Below, in pieces: positions 23,126 through 35,610 of a stretch of 53,194 nucleotides of DNA. Below the pieces are notes generated by a model that saw only the letters and a list, made by a program, of their open reading frames with translations, was not told the DNA's origin and did not search any database. The DNA is from Squatina squatina (lineage: Eukaryota). Position 1 is the first letter of the stretch. Every line of letters begins with the position of its first letter. Location: NCBI GenBank assembly GCA_031763465.1, contig JARFOE010000080.1:9315357-9368550 (forward strand). Direction: 5' to 3'. The position numbers were made by a program, and so were the translations under genes.

Positions 23126-25509
23126 CTAAGTAGCATAGTTGACATTTGACCTGGTAAACAAACATACTGGTGATAGAAGAGTTCAAATTTATTCCTCTAA
23201 TATCTGAGTTTAGTACAGCAGCTATATAAAGAACACAGGACTCCTTTGGAAATGGCATTCAATATATGTATAATGCGACAGATGTCCCAGTTTCAGTGAT
23301 TCTTCCCTCATACCTTCATTCCATATGCTGGGAAGGTTTCATTGAGCCTTTTATCCTTACATTATTTATCCACTCCTTTTTAACATTCTTTCAAATCCAA
23401 GACCACTCAACTTGACACCTTTGCAGTTGGCAGAGCAATCTGCGAAGCTAAATCTCATCGCAGTCTGTTCCTTTATTAATGTGAAATAATAAACATAGTA
23501 AATAGAAGCCAACAGTTAGCCTAATGTTTCATGAATCTACAGTTTATCTTGCTGATCAAAATATTTTATTAGGCTGATTTAAAAATCTCCTCATTGTCTC
23601 AAATTATGCCTTGCAGATTCTGTCTCCCTCCAGGATGTCACATTTTCTTCACAGAACTTTCACTTAATTACCTCAATGTTCACAACAAACATTTCTTATA
23701 AGTCCTTCTGGACAGTGAAATTAATGTTACTAAGCCGATGATTGGAGCACATCTGGCATATTTGTCATTTCTTAGTCACATACTAAATTGATATTAAAAA
23801 ATCAATCACGTGTTTCTGGCATAATATGACCAGCAATTTAATTCCATCAATTATGTTCAGACCAGCCGCTGTCAACTCCCCTTTCTACATAATGCAGCAC
23901 CAAGCCATCCTATTTACATGTTCTATATGTCATTAGTTCAATATTGCCTCGACAGTAAGCTTCTGCTTTCAGCACTCCTGACACACAAATCTTTGTAATG
24001 GCCATCATAAAATGAAATTTTGCTTNNNNNNNNNNTCTCTTTAAATGAGCAAACTTTGCTTTTGTTTCTTCTTTTCCTTCCAATTTTTGCCCCTCTTCTG
24101 GGGATGTTGACTCCTTGCTGGGGAATGGCTCCACTGGTGCCTGTGCTCCCAATACCTTACTCAAGTAACCATTCTTCCAGTGTGAGCCTGAACAGTGAAT
24201 GCTGGTATGCTATTTGACTTTGAAGCTCATCATTGTTGAGCCCAATTCTGGTCTCATCCAGTGTGCACTTCCAGCAGTGGTCACTGGATATCAGTCAAGA
24301 GCTAATCATAATTTGCCCAGTTGAACCAACGAATGCTAAGACTAATTGCAGCAAAGAACAGGAATTGAGAAAGTTTGGAAGTTGGAAACTAGTGAAAGGA
24401 TCGGTCAAAGTCAGCATGGCTTTACAAAAGGGANNNNNNNNNNNNNNNNNNNNNNNNNNNNNNNNNNNNNNNNNNNNNNNNNNNNNNNNNNNNNNNNNNN
24501 NNNNNNNNNNNNNNNNNNNNNNNNNNNNNNNNNGTGAGTGTTTTTATTACAGGTATAAATGCTTAATGCAGTCTTAACGAATTCCGCTCTCTGCTATTTT
24601 AATTGAGGCACTATCTATTTATTTTGGATGGATAATACTAGTGCTTAAATAGTAGAAAAAGGAATTTGATACGTTGTGTTAAGCGTTTGTGTAAAATAAT
24701 TACTCATACTCATTTTATATTTATCATGAAATTCTATTTGTAATAAGACTAAAATTTTAAATAGAGAGCTAACTCTAAAATTATATCTGGGACTGAAACA
24801 ACAGCGGAAAATACGTTAGAAGAACGCGTGAAAGAACCAATGTTGAAACATGCTCAAAGGAAATTTATTTTAAATATGATTTACCTCTACTGACAATCTA
24901 AAACCTTAATAACTGGAGCATGAGTAAACTTGTACCAATTAAATGCAAAGAAAAACCTAAACTATGGCATTTGAAACCAGAAATGATTTGACCTTGGAGA
25001 TGGTCAGTAATAGCAAGCTTCAGAACTCTTCAGGGTGAAAAATGACTCCTGTAACATAAACGTGCTTTCGGGCTAATTTGTCCAGATAGCATTAGATTGG
25101 CTGCTATACATGCTGGACCAAAATCCCATTAATGCTGGCTCCTGAACTAAAAATTTAGAGAAAAATATATTTGTAATGAATTATTGACATAAATCTGGGC
25201 AGAGACTGGTAAATTTGATTTTCCTGCTTTTGAAAAAATATAATAGGTTATGAGAAATGATCTGTAAAGTGCTGCAACACTAAAGGCATTTTTTTAAAAG
25301 TGATTCAGTCTACTATTCCAATGCAACAAATGGATGTCAAGTTAAATTGTCAACCCACCATTCTAAATATAAAGTCTGAGAACTGTTAAATTTATACTAC
25401 NNNNNNNNNNNNNNNNNNNNNNNNNNNNNNNNNNNNNNNNNNNNNNNNNNNNNNNNNNNNNNNNNNNNNNNNNNNNNNNNNNNNNNNNNNNNNNNNNNNN
25501 GTGATTTAC

Positions 25510-25713
25510 TTGTACTTCTTTCAGTTTAATATACTGTATTCACTGCTCACAATGCGGTGTCCTCTAAATTGGAGAGACCAAATGCAAATTGAGTGACTGC
25601 TTTACAGAACACTCCATTCAGTCCGTAGGCGTGATCCCGGACTTCCGGTCGCTTGTCACTTTAATTCTCCGCTCCATTCCCACTCTGATCTCTCTATCCT
25701 CAGCCTTATACAA
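25510..25713 (+). mobile_element. Penelope-like element GIY-YIG endonuclease fragment
   Basis: YCIHCSQCGVL*IGETKCKLSDCFTEH...PVACHFNS..HSHSDL. Confidence 0.8.
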
Positions 25714-26007
25714 CAGGGGTGTCCAAACTTTTTTCGTAAGGGGCCACGTTGCAATTTTTGCCCCACATAGAGGGCCGGTGAGCAAATTTCGGAAATATAA
25801 AGCACGAGATTGCCTGGTCACCTTTTATTCGATTGTTATTCTCCTGACCCGTGAGGTTGTCAAATTTGCGAGGGTGTTTCGTAGAATAATGTCGCTTGAT
25901 AGTATATTCCTTGAAAAACGCTATCTTCACAAACATATCAGACACAATATGGCCCCGTTGTGTTCGATGACAAAAAAATCATCAGTCCAGGAGCCTTTGG
26001 AGACTCA
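25714..26007 (-). mobile_element. Internally deleted hAT (Charlie/Buster-type) transposon, one end visible
   Basis: TIR CAGGGGTGTCCAAACT at 25714 preceded by 8-mer TTATACAA (nnnTAnnn); minus strand WTDDFFVIEHNGAILCLIC / FKEYTIKRHYSTKH BED-type zinc finger. Confidence 0.8.
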
Positions 26008-28199
26008 NNNNNNNNNNNNNNNNNNNNNNNNNNNNNNNNNNNNNNNNNNNNNNNNNNNNNNNNNNNNNNNNNNNNNNNNNNNNNNNNNNNNNNNNNNNNN
26101 NNNNNNNCTGTCATCAGCTCGGCTGTCCGCAAAGATTCAAAGAGCCGATGAAGTTTTGCCCCTGAGAAAGGAAGGAAGAGCAAAGAGTTAATTAACTGGC
26201 AACACCTGTGAGCTCCTCCATCCATCGAAAGTGCTGACCAAACAGTTATAGGACAAAAACTATTTGCTTTGTGAAGGCATGGAGATAAGCAGCAAAGCTG
26301 ATTTCGGGATTCAGGAATTGAAGTAATGAGGAAAGGTTAAAGAAGTTGGGCTTAGTATAAGGCAGTTTGGGCTGTTTTGTTTGAAAAGAGAAGACTTTGA
26401 GGTTACTGAATTGAGGTTAACAAAGTTAAAGGGTTCAAATACAAGGAATATGACACAAGTTAGAAATGCGAAGGGCGGGGTAAAAAGTGAAGTCCTCTCA
26501 CCCAAAGGACAGTTGATTCGTAGAAGATGCTACGAAAGAGAAAAATATATGAATTTGTACATCTGACATGGAGCTTCATCTGCTGGTAGCACATATCAAG
26601 ATTTCCAGCATGGAGGTCAGCGAGGTTTGTAGAATTCCTGTGGGGCCCACTGACTTCCATGCTTGAATTTCTGATAAGCACTTTTGCCGCATCAAGCGCC
26701 AGGCTGAGAGCTCCACTGTGTAAAATCTACCTTCTGTATAGAGACTTCTTGGTTACCATCAATGTTTCCTTTTCAGTTTGCCTAAAAGATAATTCTGCAC
26801 TTGTTTTATTACGTTTTGATAAAGTTAATAGAAAGTTTTATGAAATACCTTTTGCATGCAGGGAGTACATTATAACTAATTTTAAAAGTGAATATTTTTT
26901 ACAATAAGGCAATGATTTAACATAACTGCATCTATTACTCATTGTGCAATATAATAAGATGTTTCTTGTTTGGAATGCTGTTTTTTTTCTTTATCTTTTT
27001 TAGCAAAAGTATATATACAAAAACAACTGTTAGACTTTGGACCGAGTATTGTTGGGATCCCAGTGTCTGAGGAGAACTGGCACTAGTGGAGTGAAAATGG
27101 CTTTATCCTTGTTTCAAGTCACATTTGACAGGCTTTGAGATTTATTTGCTGTTTACTGACAGGAAAATCAAACCAATTCTGTTACACAGCCAGCTTTCAT
27201 TATGAGAACTATGTGATTTGTGTGTGTCAACCCATTACCTCAAAAGACAGATAATATGCTAAATAAGGAGAAAGACTCCATAAGAAATGGATTTCCTAAT
27301 CTAATTGGCTGTTGATACCTCAGCACTTCTGTAAATAAGTGTTATCGTAACTCATTTTATTGTAGGGAGGTCCCTTAACCACTCTTTCTGCTTCAATTAC
27401 ACAGTCATTCCTGGGCTGTGACCTTGGAGTTTTCCCTCAAGCAGCAGCTTCAGCTATAATACAAATCAGAGTGTATTGCACCCTGGGCAATCATTGCAAC
27501 TAAACACAACTGAATTCATGTAGGACATTGTAATGGCTTCATCAATATCGACCTCAGTATTCGGTATTTTTTAGCTAGTGAAGGTCAGAAGGATTTTNNN
27601 NNNNNNNNNNNNNNNNNNNNNNNNNNNNNNNNNNNNNNNNNNNNNNNNNNNNNNNNNNNNNNNNNNNNNNNNNNNNNNNNNNNNNNNNNNNNNNNNNAAT
27701 GGCGGAGTAGGCTAGAGGGCTGAATGGCCTACTCCTGTTTGTAAAGGGCTGGGAGTGTTCTATCTTGGCTCCAGATAACCATTTGTGTAAGACGCTATCA
27801 TAATGGGTAGAATGATCCTGACTGGACAGATGGTAGGAAGTCTCCTGTGCTTACATCCTGCATGGATTAAACTCTAGTAGTAACTATGCAAGTACTTGGT
27901 AGGCTCCTGAGTCTTGCCACTGGCCAGCCTGCTTCTGGACCTTGGTAAATGGGATGTGTCCTTTAAGAGATCTTATTGGGTAAAGTGAAACTCTTACCTG
28001 TATGGAAACATTTGTCAAATTTTATGAAAATGTCTTTACTCTAACCTAGCTAACAACAGAATAAAAGGAAAGAGACTAAAGTAATAGTTAGAAATTGAGC
28101 TTTAGGCACTACAGGTAACGGGAAAACAAAAATATGTAAAGTAATTAAATCAGGAGAGAAAAATAAGAAATGTGTGAGAAAAACATTAGAGCAGAAAGA

Positions 28200-28745
28200 T
28201 AGGTTAGGGTGTGTGGCCCAAATAAGTGTTCTTTATACAAATACAGGGAGCATAAGGAACAAATTGAATTATCTGCAGCCACAAATTCAACTTAGAGGGT
28301 ATGACATGATAGCCATTACTCAAAAATGGTTGCAAGACGTTCAAGACTGGGAAGGGAGTATACCAGGTTGTAAGGTCTACAGGAAGGACATGGAATCTGG
28401 TAGAGGGGGAATAGTAGCATTAGTGATTAACATGAAATGACTTCAATGACAAGAGTGGATATAACGAGAGGTTAGCAGGCAGTGGAGAACTTACGGGGGG
28501 GAATTAAGAAATAGGAAAGGGTTCGAGTGGGCGTTGTAGTGAGAGTTGTGTATATGCTCCCTGGTAGCAGCTGTGAAGTGGCAGAATGTATAAATGCAGA
28601 GATTGGACAAGTGTGTAACAAATGCAGAGTGTTTTTAATGGGGTACTTTAGCTTCCATATCAATTGGGATAAGCAGACGGGCTCATGTCAGAAAAATAGC
28701 AAAATTTTGTGAGTGTGTTTAAGACAGTTTTCTGCAACAAAGACC
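28200..28745 (+). mobile_element. CR1 endonuclease fragment
   Basis: LYTNTGSIRNK, YDMIAITQKWLQ, VYRKD..GRGGIVAL, MGYFSFHINW. Confidence 0.85.
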
Positions 28746-28925
28746 CAGATTTTAACTCCAGGTGGATTCCTCGCTCAGGCCTGAGTTAAAATTACAGTCG
28801 GGTCTCAATGCCATTGAGCTGCAACNNNNNNNNNNNNNNNNNNNNNNNNNNNNNNNNNNNNNNNNNNNNNNNNNNNNNNNNNNNNNNNNNNNNNNNNNNN
28901 NNNNNNNNNNNNNNNNNNNNNNNNN

Positions 28926-29571
28926 ACCGTACGGACGCTGCTCCAGTCGCTCCCGCCTCTCCAAGCGCTCCTGGGCCTCTGTGAAAACAAAGCCCCGCGC
29001 TCGGGTTTTAAACTCACCGTACGGACGCTGCTCCAGTCGCTCCCGCCTCTCCGCTTCCGGGCCTCTGTACTCACTGGCTGGGATTTTCCCATTTCCTGGC
29101 CACCCGGAGCAGGTGGACATGATAGACTGTGGGAAACCCGGAAAATCCCGGCACGCTGTGGAGTCGTGATCCCATGGGTGGGAATGTCCATTCCCCAACT
29201 CCAGGGAGGGACAGGCTGATGATGGGTGAGCTCGGGGGCGAGCTGAGAGGAAGCACTCCTGCTCCTCCTGGCCCACAAGCATTGTTCCCCGAGGCTTTTC
29301 TCACCTCACTGGAGTTACCAGGAATCCTGAGCCCCGGGATCCCCGGCTGCCTGCAGTTAAACCTGCACAGCAGATTAAAGAAGAAGCTACAGGCCTCATT
29401 TTAATATTTAAAATGCCAACCCGCCTCCTGGCAAAAGGTTGGCTGCCTTACTCTATCTCGCCTGTGTAAAAGTTGAAAGTGGGCGGGTTGGGTTTGGGTT
29501 GTAGATTTTTACAACTTTCACTACACCCTCACCACTGACCCACCCGTTCTTTGCATGTGAAAATTCCCCCC
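28926..29571. mobile_element. GC-rich Harbinger-type element end with 37-bp direct repeat
   Basis: Ends AAAATTCCCCCC; homologous in reverse to 8464-8820; 28926-28962 is identical to 29016-29052. Confidence 0.55.
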
Positions 29572-30619
29572 ATTATCTCAAAACAAGGTCATCACAACAT
29601 AGCAGTTAAAGTTACTTGCAAGGCAGTGAATTCTGTCATTACTTGAAGAATGCTTTTTAATCCTTTTTTCCGACTTGAAGTAATGGAGACATGCTTCTCT
29701 AATATTTATCTTGAACATATAACCTCTTCCATAGTTCTCTACTTCAAATTTTATATTATTCTCTTTTTTTTCCTTTTTCCTTTTTCCCCTATTGGGCCAT
29801 TAACAATCCGCTCAGCCAACTGTCAACTGGTGCCCAGGGCTTCTGTTAATGAGAGCTCAGATTTGATGCATGCAATATTAGACAGCATTATAGCAGGGAT
29901 GTCATAACATAGAGTTACCAGACCTTTGAGAAACTCACCAGATAGGATATTTGAAGTGTAATGTTTTCCATGCAGAAAGTCTTCATTACATCTTTTCCCT
30001 AAATCTCTGAACACTAGCTGACTGATGACATTGACTAAGGACTACCTACAGTGAAACAAAAACTATAATAAATATTAATTTGAATTATTTTATTCTTTTT
30101 CATGTTTTATTTNNNNNNNNNNNNNNNNNNNNNNNNNNNNNNNNNNNNNNNNNNNNNNNNNNNNNNNNNNNNNNNNNNNNNNNNNNNNNNNNNNNNNNNN
30201 NNNNNNNNNNNNTAGTCTATATTGATTTCGGGAGAAGGAAGCTGCTAAACAGTTGGCTACCATAGCAAAGTTTCTAGTTACTTGCTACCACACATAGAAA
30301 TTGATCAGAAGCACAAGGTCTGAAATGGCTGACATTTCCTTGATGCTTTGACTGAGTGCAATATTTTAAAACCAAACTACATTACTATATTCCTCACTAA
30401 TTCCTTCTTGGAAACCAACTCAGTTTATTGGCATACCTAAAGATTCAAAATAACTTATCAAAACACTCTTTACCCAACACAGAAGAGGTAAATATTTAAT
30501 TTAATCTACCTATAACTTAAACTAGGTTAAGTAATTAGTTTAAAAAATGAAAAACCATAAGGTTAGTTGATTAAATACATAAACATGAATTCATTAAATA
30601 AATAAAACAAGGCTAGATA

Positions 30620-31156
30620 GTGATCACAATGCAGGAGGTGTGTCGCAACAGCAGCATGTACGAGCTTGTGGAGAGCATCGTGATCCCAGACAACCATGTT
30701 TGCATCTTGATGAACTTCAGCTCAGATTTGTTGAGCTGGAGTCCAAGGTTCTGACATTGCAGGACATCAGGGAGGGCAAGAATTACCTGGACACTTTGAT
30801 CCAGGTGGCAGTCACATTACTTAGGTTAGGTAGTTGTACCGGTCTGGTTAGTGGTCAGGGATAGGAGGGGGTGACTGCAAGTCAGGTAGGTAAGGGCACC
30901 CCAGGTGCAGTGCTGGAGGCACCTTGGCATTTGCCCTTATCCAACAGGTAAGAGATACTTGCTGCCTATGAGGGTGAGACCAAAGTCTGCAGGGTGGATG
31001 AGCAAACTGACTACAGCACCGTGGTACAAGAAGCTATTCAAGTGGGTGGAGTGAAAAGAAGTGTTGTAGTGATAGTGGTTAGTACAGTTGAGGGATAGAT
31101 GCTGTTCTCTGCAGCCACAACTGGGAGTTCCAAAGGTTGTGTTGCTGCCCAGTGCC
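30620..31156 (+). mobile_element. CR1 ORF1 fragment (zinc finger / leucine zipper into esterase)
   Basis: MYELV..IVIPDNHVC, LDELQLRFVELESKVLTLQDIREGKNYLD, LSNR, VVVI, CCCP motifs. Confidence 0.75.
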
Positions 31157-33815
31157 NNNNNNNNNNNNNNNNNNNNNNNNNNNNNNNNNNNNNNNNNNNN
31201 NNNNNNNNNNNNNNNNNNNNNNNNNNNNNNNNNNNNNNNNNNNNNNNNNNNNNNNNGAACAGATTCACCCACGTCGAATAAATGGAAAAATAATTTGTCT
31301 GGCCCTCCTTTGCAGCAGCAATGGAGTGTTACAATAAAAACAAAATTGCTTTGGTAATGAATATGGTCTTATATTCTCCTCTATATTTGTTGTGATGTGT
31401 CAAATGGTATTAGTGATGCAGTATTATTAGGCTCCCCAGCCGATACACCTTCAATAGGTGAGATTGGAGTTCATTCCTCAATAATTTTTCTGATGTCAGA
31501 GTAATTCTGTCTAAGTAATACACCCTGTTGTGTTTCTGATTGCTGGAGTGCTGCTTGTGGTGTTGTGTATTATGTACATATCTGGGTAAATGACAAAGCA
31601 GTCAGTAACTATGAAGTAATTCTTCCCCTGCTGCATGAATAAATTGGGATTGTCTTTCTGCTATGGCTGATGTGGAAAACTGGATGTGATTTTATTGATT
31701 CAAGCTTGTTGAATTGGTTTACATTTTCAACAATTTCTAACCACATAAACTACCGTTTTGAGCAGAATGCGGCAGGTGGTGGGGGGAGGCGACAATGCAG
31801 ATCGGTGGCCGCCGAGAGAAGGCTGCCAGCAGCACGTTAAGTCCAGGTGGGAAGATGTTGTGGGATTCTTGCTGGTGGGGTTGGGGTGGAGGTGGCTCCT
31901 AGGCCAGCAGAGGATCATATTTTCCTTGTGAGGCCTAGAGCAGTACTCCTGTTCCCACTAAAAATCACCTACCTTTGCTGGCTTCTCGACTGCTTCACCT
32001 GGCTCTGATTTGCATTTATTAATGAGGCTTTCTGCCACCAAAGGCAGTGATGATAAAATGGGGAATCGTGGGAACAGCAGGAAATGAAGGAGCCCCATTT
32101 TAACTGCTTCCCTGTCTTTACCTGCTGATCGGGAAGAGATAAATCCCCCCCTCAAGTATCAGCAGGCTGTTGTATCATAATGGGTATCACTCCCAAACTT
32201 GATCCTTACCTCATGCTCCCGCCTCCTGCAGCGGTCACTGGATAGTGATCAAGAACAGGAAATTGTTTTGGAGGATAATATATAATGTACTATTGAGGCT
32301 ATTTATAAACAGCTCAGATTTTGTTTGATTTCAGGACAAAATAGGCCTCCACTTACTAAATGAGTGTTCCTGTATTTTTAAATATTCACTAGATTCATTT
32401 TACATTTTCTTTTAATATACAGCAACACAAAGAGCCAATTTAGTGTCATCTAAGGGGAAGCTCCAAGAGAATAGCACAAAATAGCTTCTGCTGTACTGCA
32501 GCTGACTGCAATGGGCCTGACACTAGAGGGTGCTCTTGTTTTGATCATGACTATTGAGGGGTAGTAGAGGCATCTTTACTCTGTGGCAGTACCGTACATA
32601 AGCTGGGGAGTGAATGATGCCAGGAAGAGACACAAAACTACAATGTGGTGGCGTGGAGTTTCCACCCAGATGTCAGTGCTGTCTGGGCGGAATCAACTGA
32701 AATAACACAAAAGATCACAGAATTTAAAACGCAAGTGAGCTACGCCCATAACCATTTACGCTCGAGTTTCTGCAATGTTTTAAGCTGGTTCAAAAGTCAA
32801 TTCGTCCAAAGCAATCCCCACCCACAAAACTGCCCATGCCCCCAGGTCAGCATGGCGAGCTACCACCGATTTACGTCTGTTTGGGGATCTTCACATTGCC
32901 CCTAAAATTCCGGGCGGCCAAGCATCCGTGGTCACATTAATCCATCGTTAATGGCCCACAGCTGCAGTGACCTCACAGGTCTGTTTCTCATACTGATGCT
33001 ACAATTACTTCAAATTCAGTTTAATTGAGTTCAAATTCAGTCCATTGATCTGCCCTTGGTACACAAGACCTGTGACTAGCAGTCAATTGAAACCATTGAT
33101 TGGCCTGTTTCTTAAGCTGCAGCAATCATTTGAACAAATTTTCAGTTTAAATTAGTTTAATTCAGTAATCTTGAAACCCCATTTGCCATGTTCCAGTCAA
33201 TAACCAGAGTTATGATTGATAACACTGCTTGATTGCGTTGATTCATGGGAGATTATACATTCAAACTTATGAAAATAAGTTTGAGCAGAAACCTGGACAG
33301 AATTTCACCTCGACAAAACCAGCGCAATTTCCATCACATTATGAGTGCATTTTCCCGATTACATCCCTAGCGCAAACTCCGGGCCAGTGTGTTTAACCTG
33401 CAAATATCCATGGTGACATATTGGCCCGTAAGGCCAGTTTAGCTTTGGTGCCATCTGACATCCATGGCATCCCTTCTTTGTTCTTGATGGTAGGGATGAC
33501 GTATGAAGAGAGATTNNNNNNNNNNNNNNNNNNNNNNNNNNNNNNNNNNNNNNNNNNNNNNNNNNNNNNNNNNNNNNNNNNNNNNNNNNNNNNNNNNNNN
33601 NNNNNNNNNNNNNNNCTTGCCATATCCAATTTTTAGCCTGATTATGTCAGAGAAAGAGAGATTCCATGGAAAGTCTTGGTGCTAGATGCATGATGACATT
33701 ACAGTTTTGCGTTTCATTAAGCAAATTGGTCTGCACTCATTTGAAAAGTGTAAAATCAGCAAAACCAGCAGGTCTTTGGTAAGTGGGTATTCAGAACTCT
33801 GACTTTTAAAAGCTT

Positions 33816-33989
33816 GGGGTAATTTTGACTTTGGGTGTTCATGTAAAATGGCTGATATCAATTTAGCCGCCCCTCCTACATCTCTCCTGATTTTCATTTC
33901 CATTAACTGAAAATTGGGAGAGATATATAATGGGTGGCTAAATTGATATCATCTGTTGTACGCTATCACCCAAAGTCAAAATTACTCCC
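33816..33989. mobile_element. Full-length palindromic MITE (~175 bp)
   Basis: GGGGTAATTTTGACTTTGGGTG / CACCCAAAGTCAAAATTACTCC, inner arms TGATATCAATTTAGCCGCCC / GGGTGGCTAAATTGATATCA. Confidence 0.8.
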
Positions 33990-35526
33990 CTGGTCTGCAG
34001 AGTTGGTAGTTTAGCAGCTGAGTCCTCCATTTCTTCCTCGGGCTGCTGGAGAGAAATTAGGTAAAGTTAAGTGAAAAGATTTCCACGTCCTTCTCACCCT
34101 GAGCCACAAAACCAAAAGCAAATTTAGCCAATCTCAAGGGAAGCTTTTCTTTGTGCATGATATTTAACAGCATGTAAAAAAAATCGTAAACCCTTTAATA
34201 ACGAACAAGTCTGCAGATTTGCTACACATAGTGCACAATATCAATCTTGGCCCTTGTAGTTTTGTCTCAGCGCTTATCAAAGGCAATTCCTGCACCTTAA
34301 ATGTTTGCAAAAAGCATTCTCAAGCAGAACAACATTTCTACCAGGAGAAACGAAAGATCTTGGGACACAAAACCCAAAGAAATTGCATTAGTTTCTACTG
34401 CTACAAGATCTCTCATGATTGAAAACAACAAAGGGACAATTAAGTAGAGACACCACTGAGGAACTGTGAAATTCCTTTAATCCCTTCATACCTCTAATTG
34501 CCTGCCAGAATGAGTAGAGATTAGAATTCACAGTGGGAAAACTATAGAACTACTCTCTAAGTGCCTTCTAATCCAAGTATGACCAGTTTGATGGAGATTG
34601 AAGTTAATAGAGAAATCAATTTAATATGATTACTTTGATTTGCTTTAGCTATTCTTGCTGTGATACACCCCAGTTTCCCATTGCAAGTTTCTGATCTCCA
34701 CTTCGTTTCAGTTTCCTGAATTATAGTCTATCATTTTTGCAGCTATTCAAATCCTACATCAAACAGCAACTGTACACGTTTGATATGGTTTCAGTTAGTT
34801 GGGTATTATTTCCCTGTTATTACCCTTTTGAATACCAAATAGAATACCAAGTGGAAATGAGTGAGTTAGAGTAAAAGCAAGATGGGGGTGAATTTCCCTG
34901 ATAGTTCTCCCACTCGACTGCCATAACTTTGGAAGAAGAGCAGCGGAAATCCTGGAAAAACAACATAAATGGGAAGAATGCATGTGGAAATGCACACCTC
35001 TGTGCCTTCAATGTTCTGCAGTAGAATTGGAGAATGAGGAATGGAGGATGAACCCTTTATAACCTGTGGTGAAGGTAGCACTATCTGACACTAAGGAGAT
35101 ACTGACAGATCTGAATAATGTTGAATTAAGTTAATACCGCACTAGCTTTTTATTACCATACTTAAGTGCCACATGTGGGTGTGCTACAATGACTGCAGAG
35201 TGTTGATATTGTCAAGGCAATAAATTGCTGAGTAGAATCATTCATTTGGACCAAGACGAGAATATTTTAGCAGAAGGCTACCTAATATCATATTTGGATG
35301 GACAAGTGTATTGGTTCCTACGCAGCTACTTTTAATTATTGTTTTGATAGCCTCATGGCTGAGGACTTTGTCATAATGAATCCAAATAGAATTGTTAAAT
35401 CCTCTTATTCAGATGCTGATAGAAACNNNNNNNNNNNNNNNNNNNNNNNNNNNNNNNNNNNNNNNNNNNNNNNNNNNNNNNNNNNNNNNNNNNNNNNNNN
35501 NNNNNNNNNNNNNNNNNNNNNNNNNN

Positions 35527-35610
35527 CCTAGAAGCTGCACTAAGATTTTTTGTGTCTGATAAAATTGTGCCAGAAATCCAAACTTTGGCGAAAGAGGAAG
35601 ACAGCAAAAC
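35527..35610 (+). pseudogene. Possible extreme C-terminus of a hAT transposase
   Basis: LEAALRFFVSDKIVPEIQTLAK resembles the L...LR.......P.I..L.K end of Charlie/Buster transposases. Confidence 0.35.

Noticed and set aside
31431-31457. 27-nt microexon candidate before GTGAGA
   Set aside because: No polypyrimidine tract at the acceptor and no supporting homology
33393-33515. Coding-looking stretch at a contig end
   Set aside because: No frame gave a recognisable protein and no clear splice boundary was found
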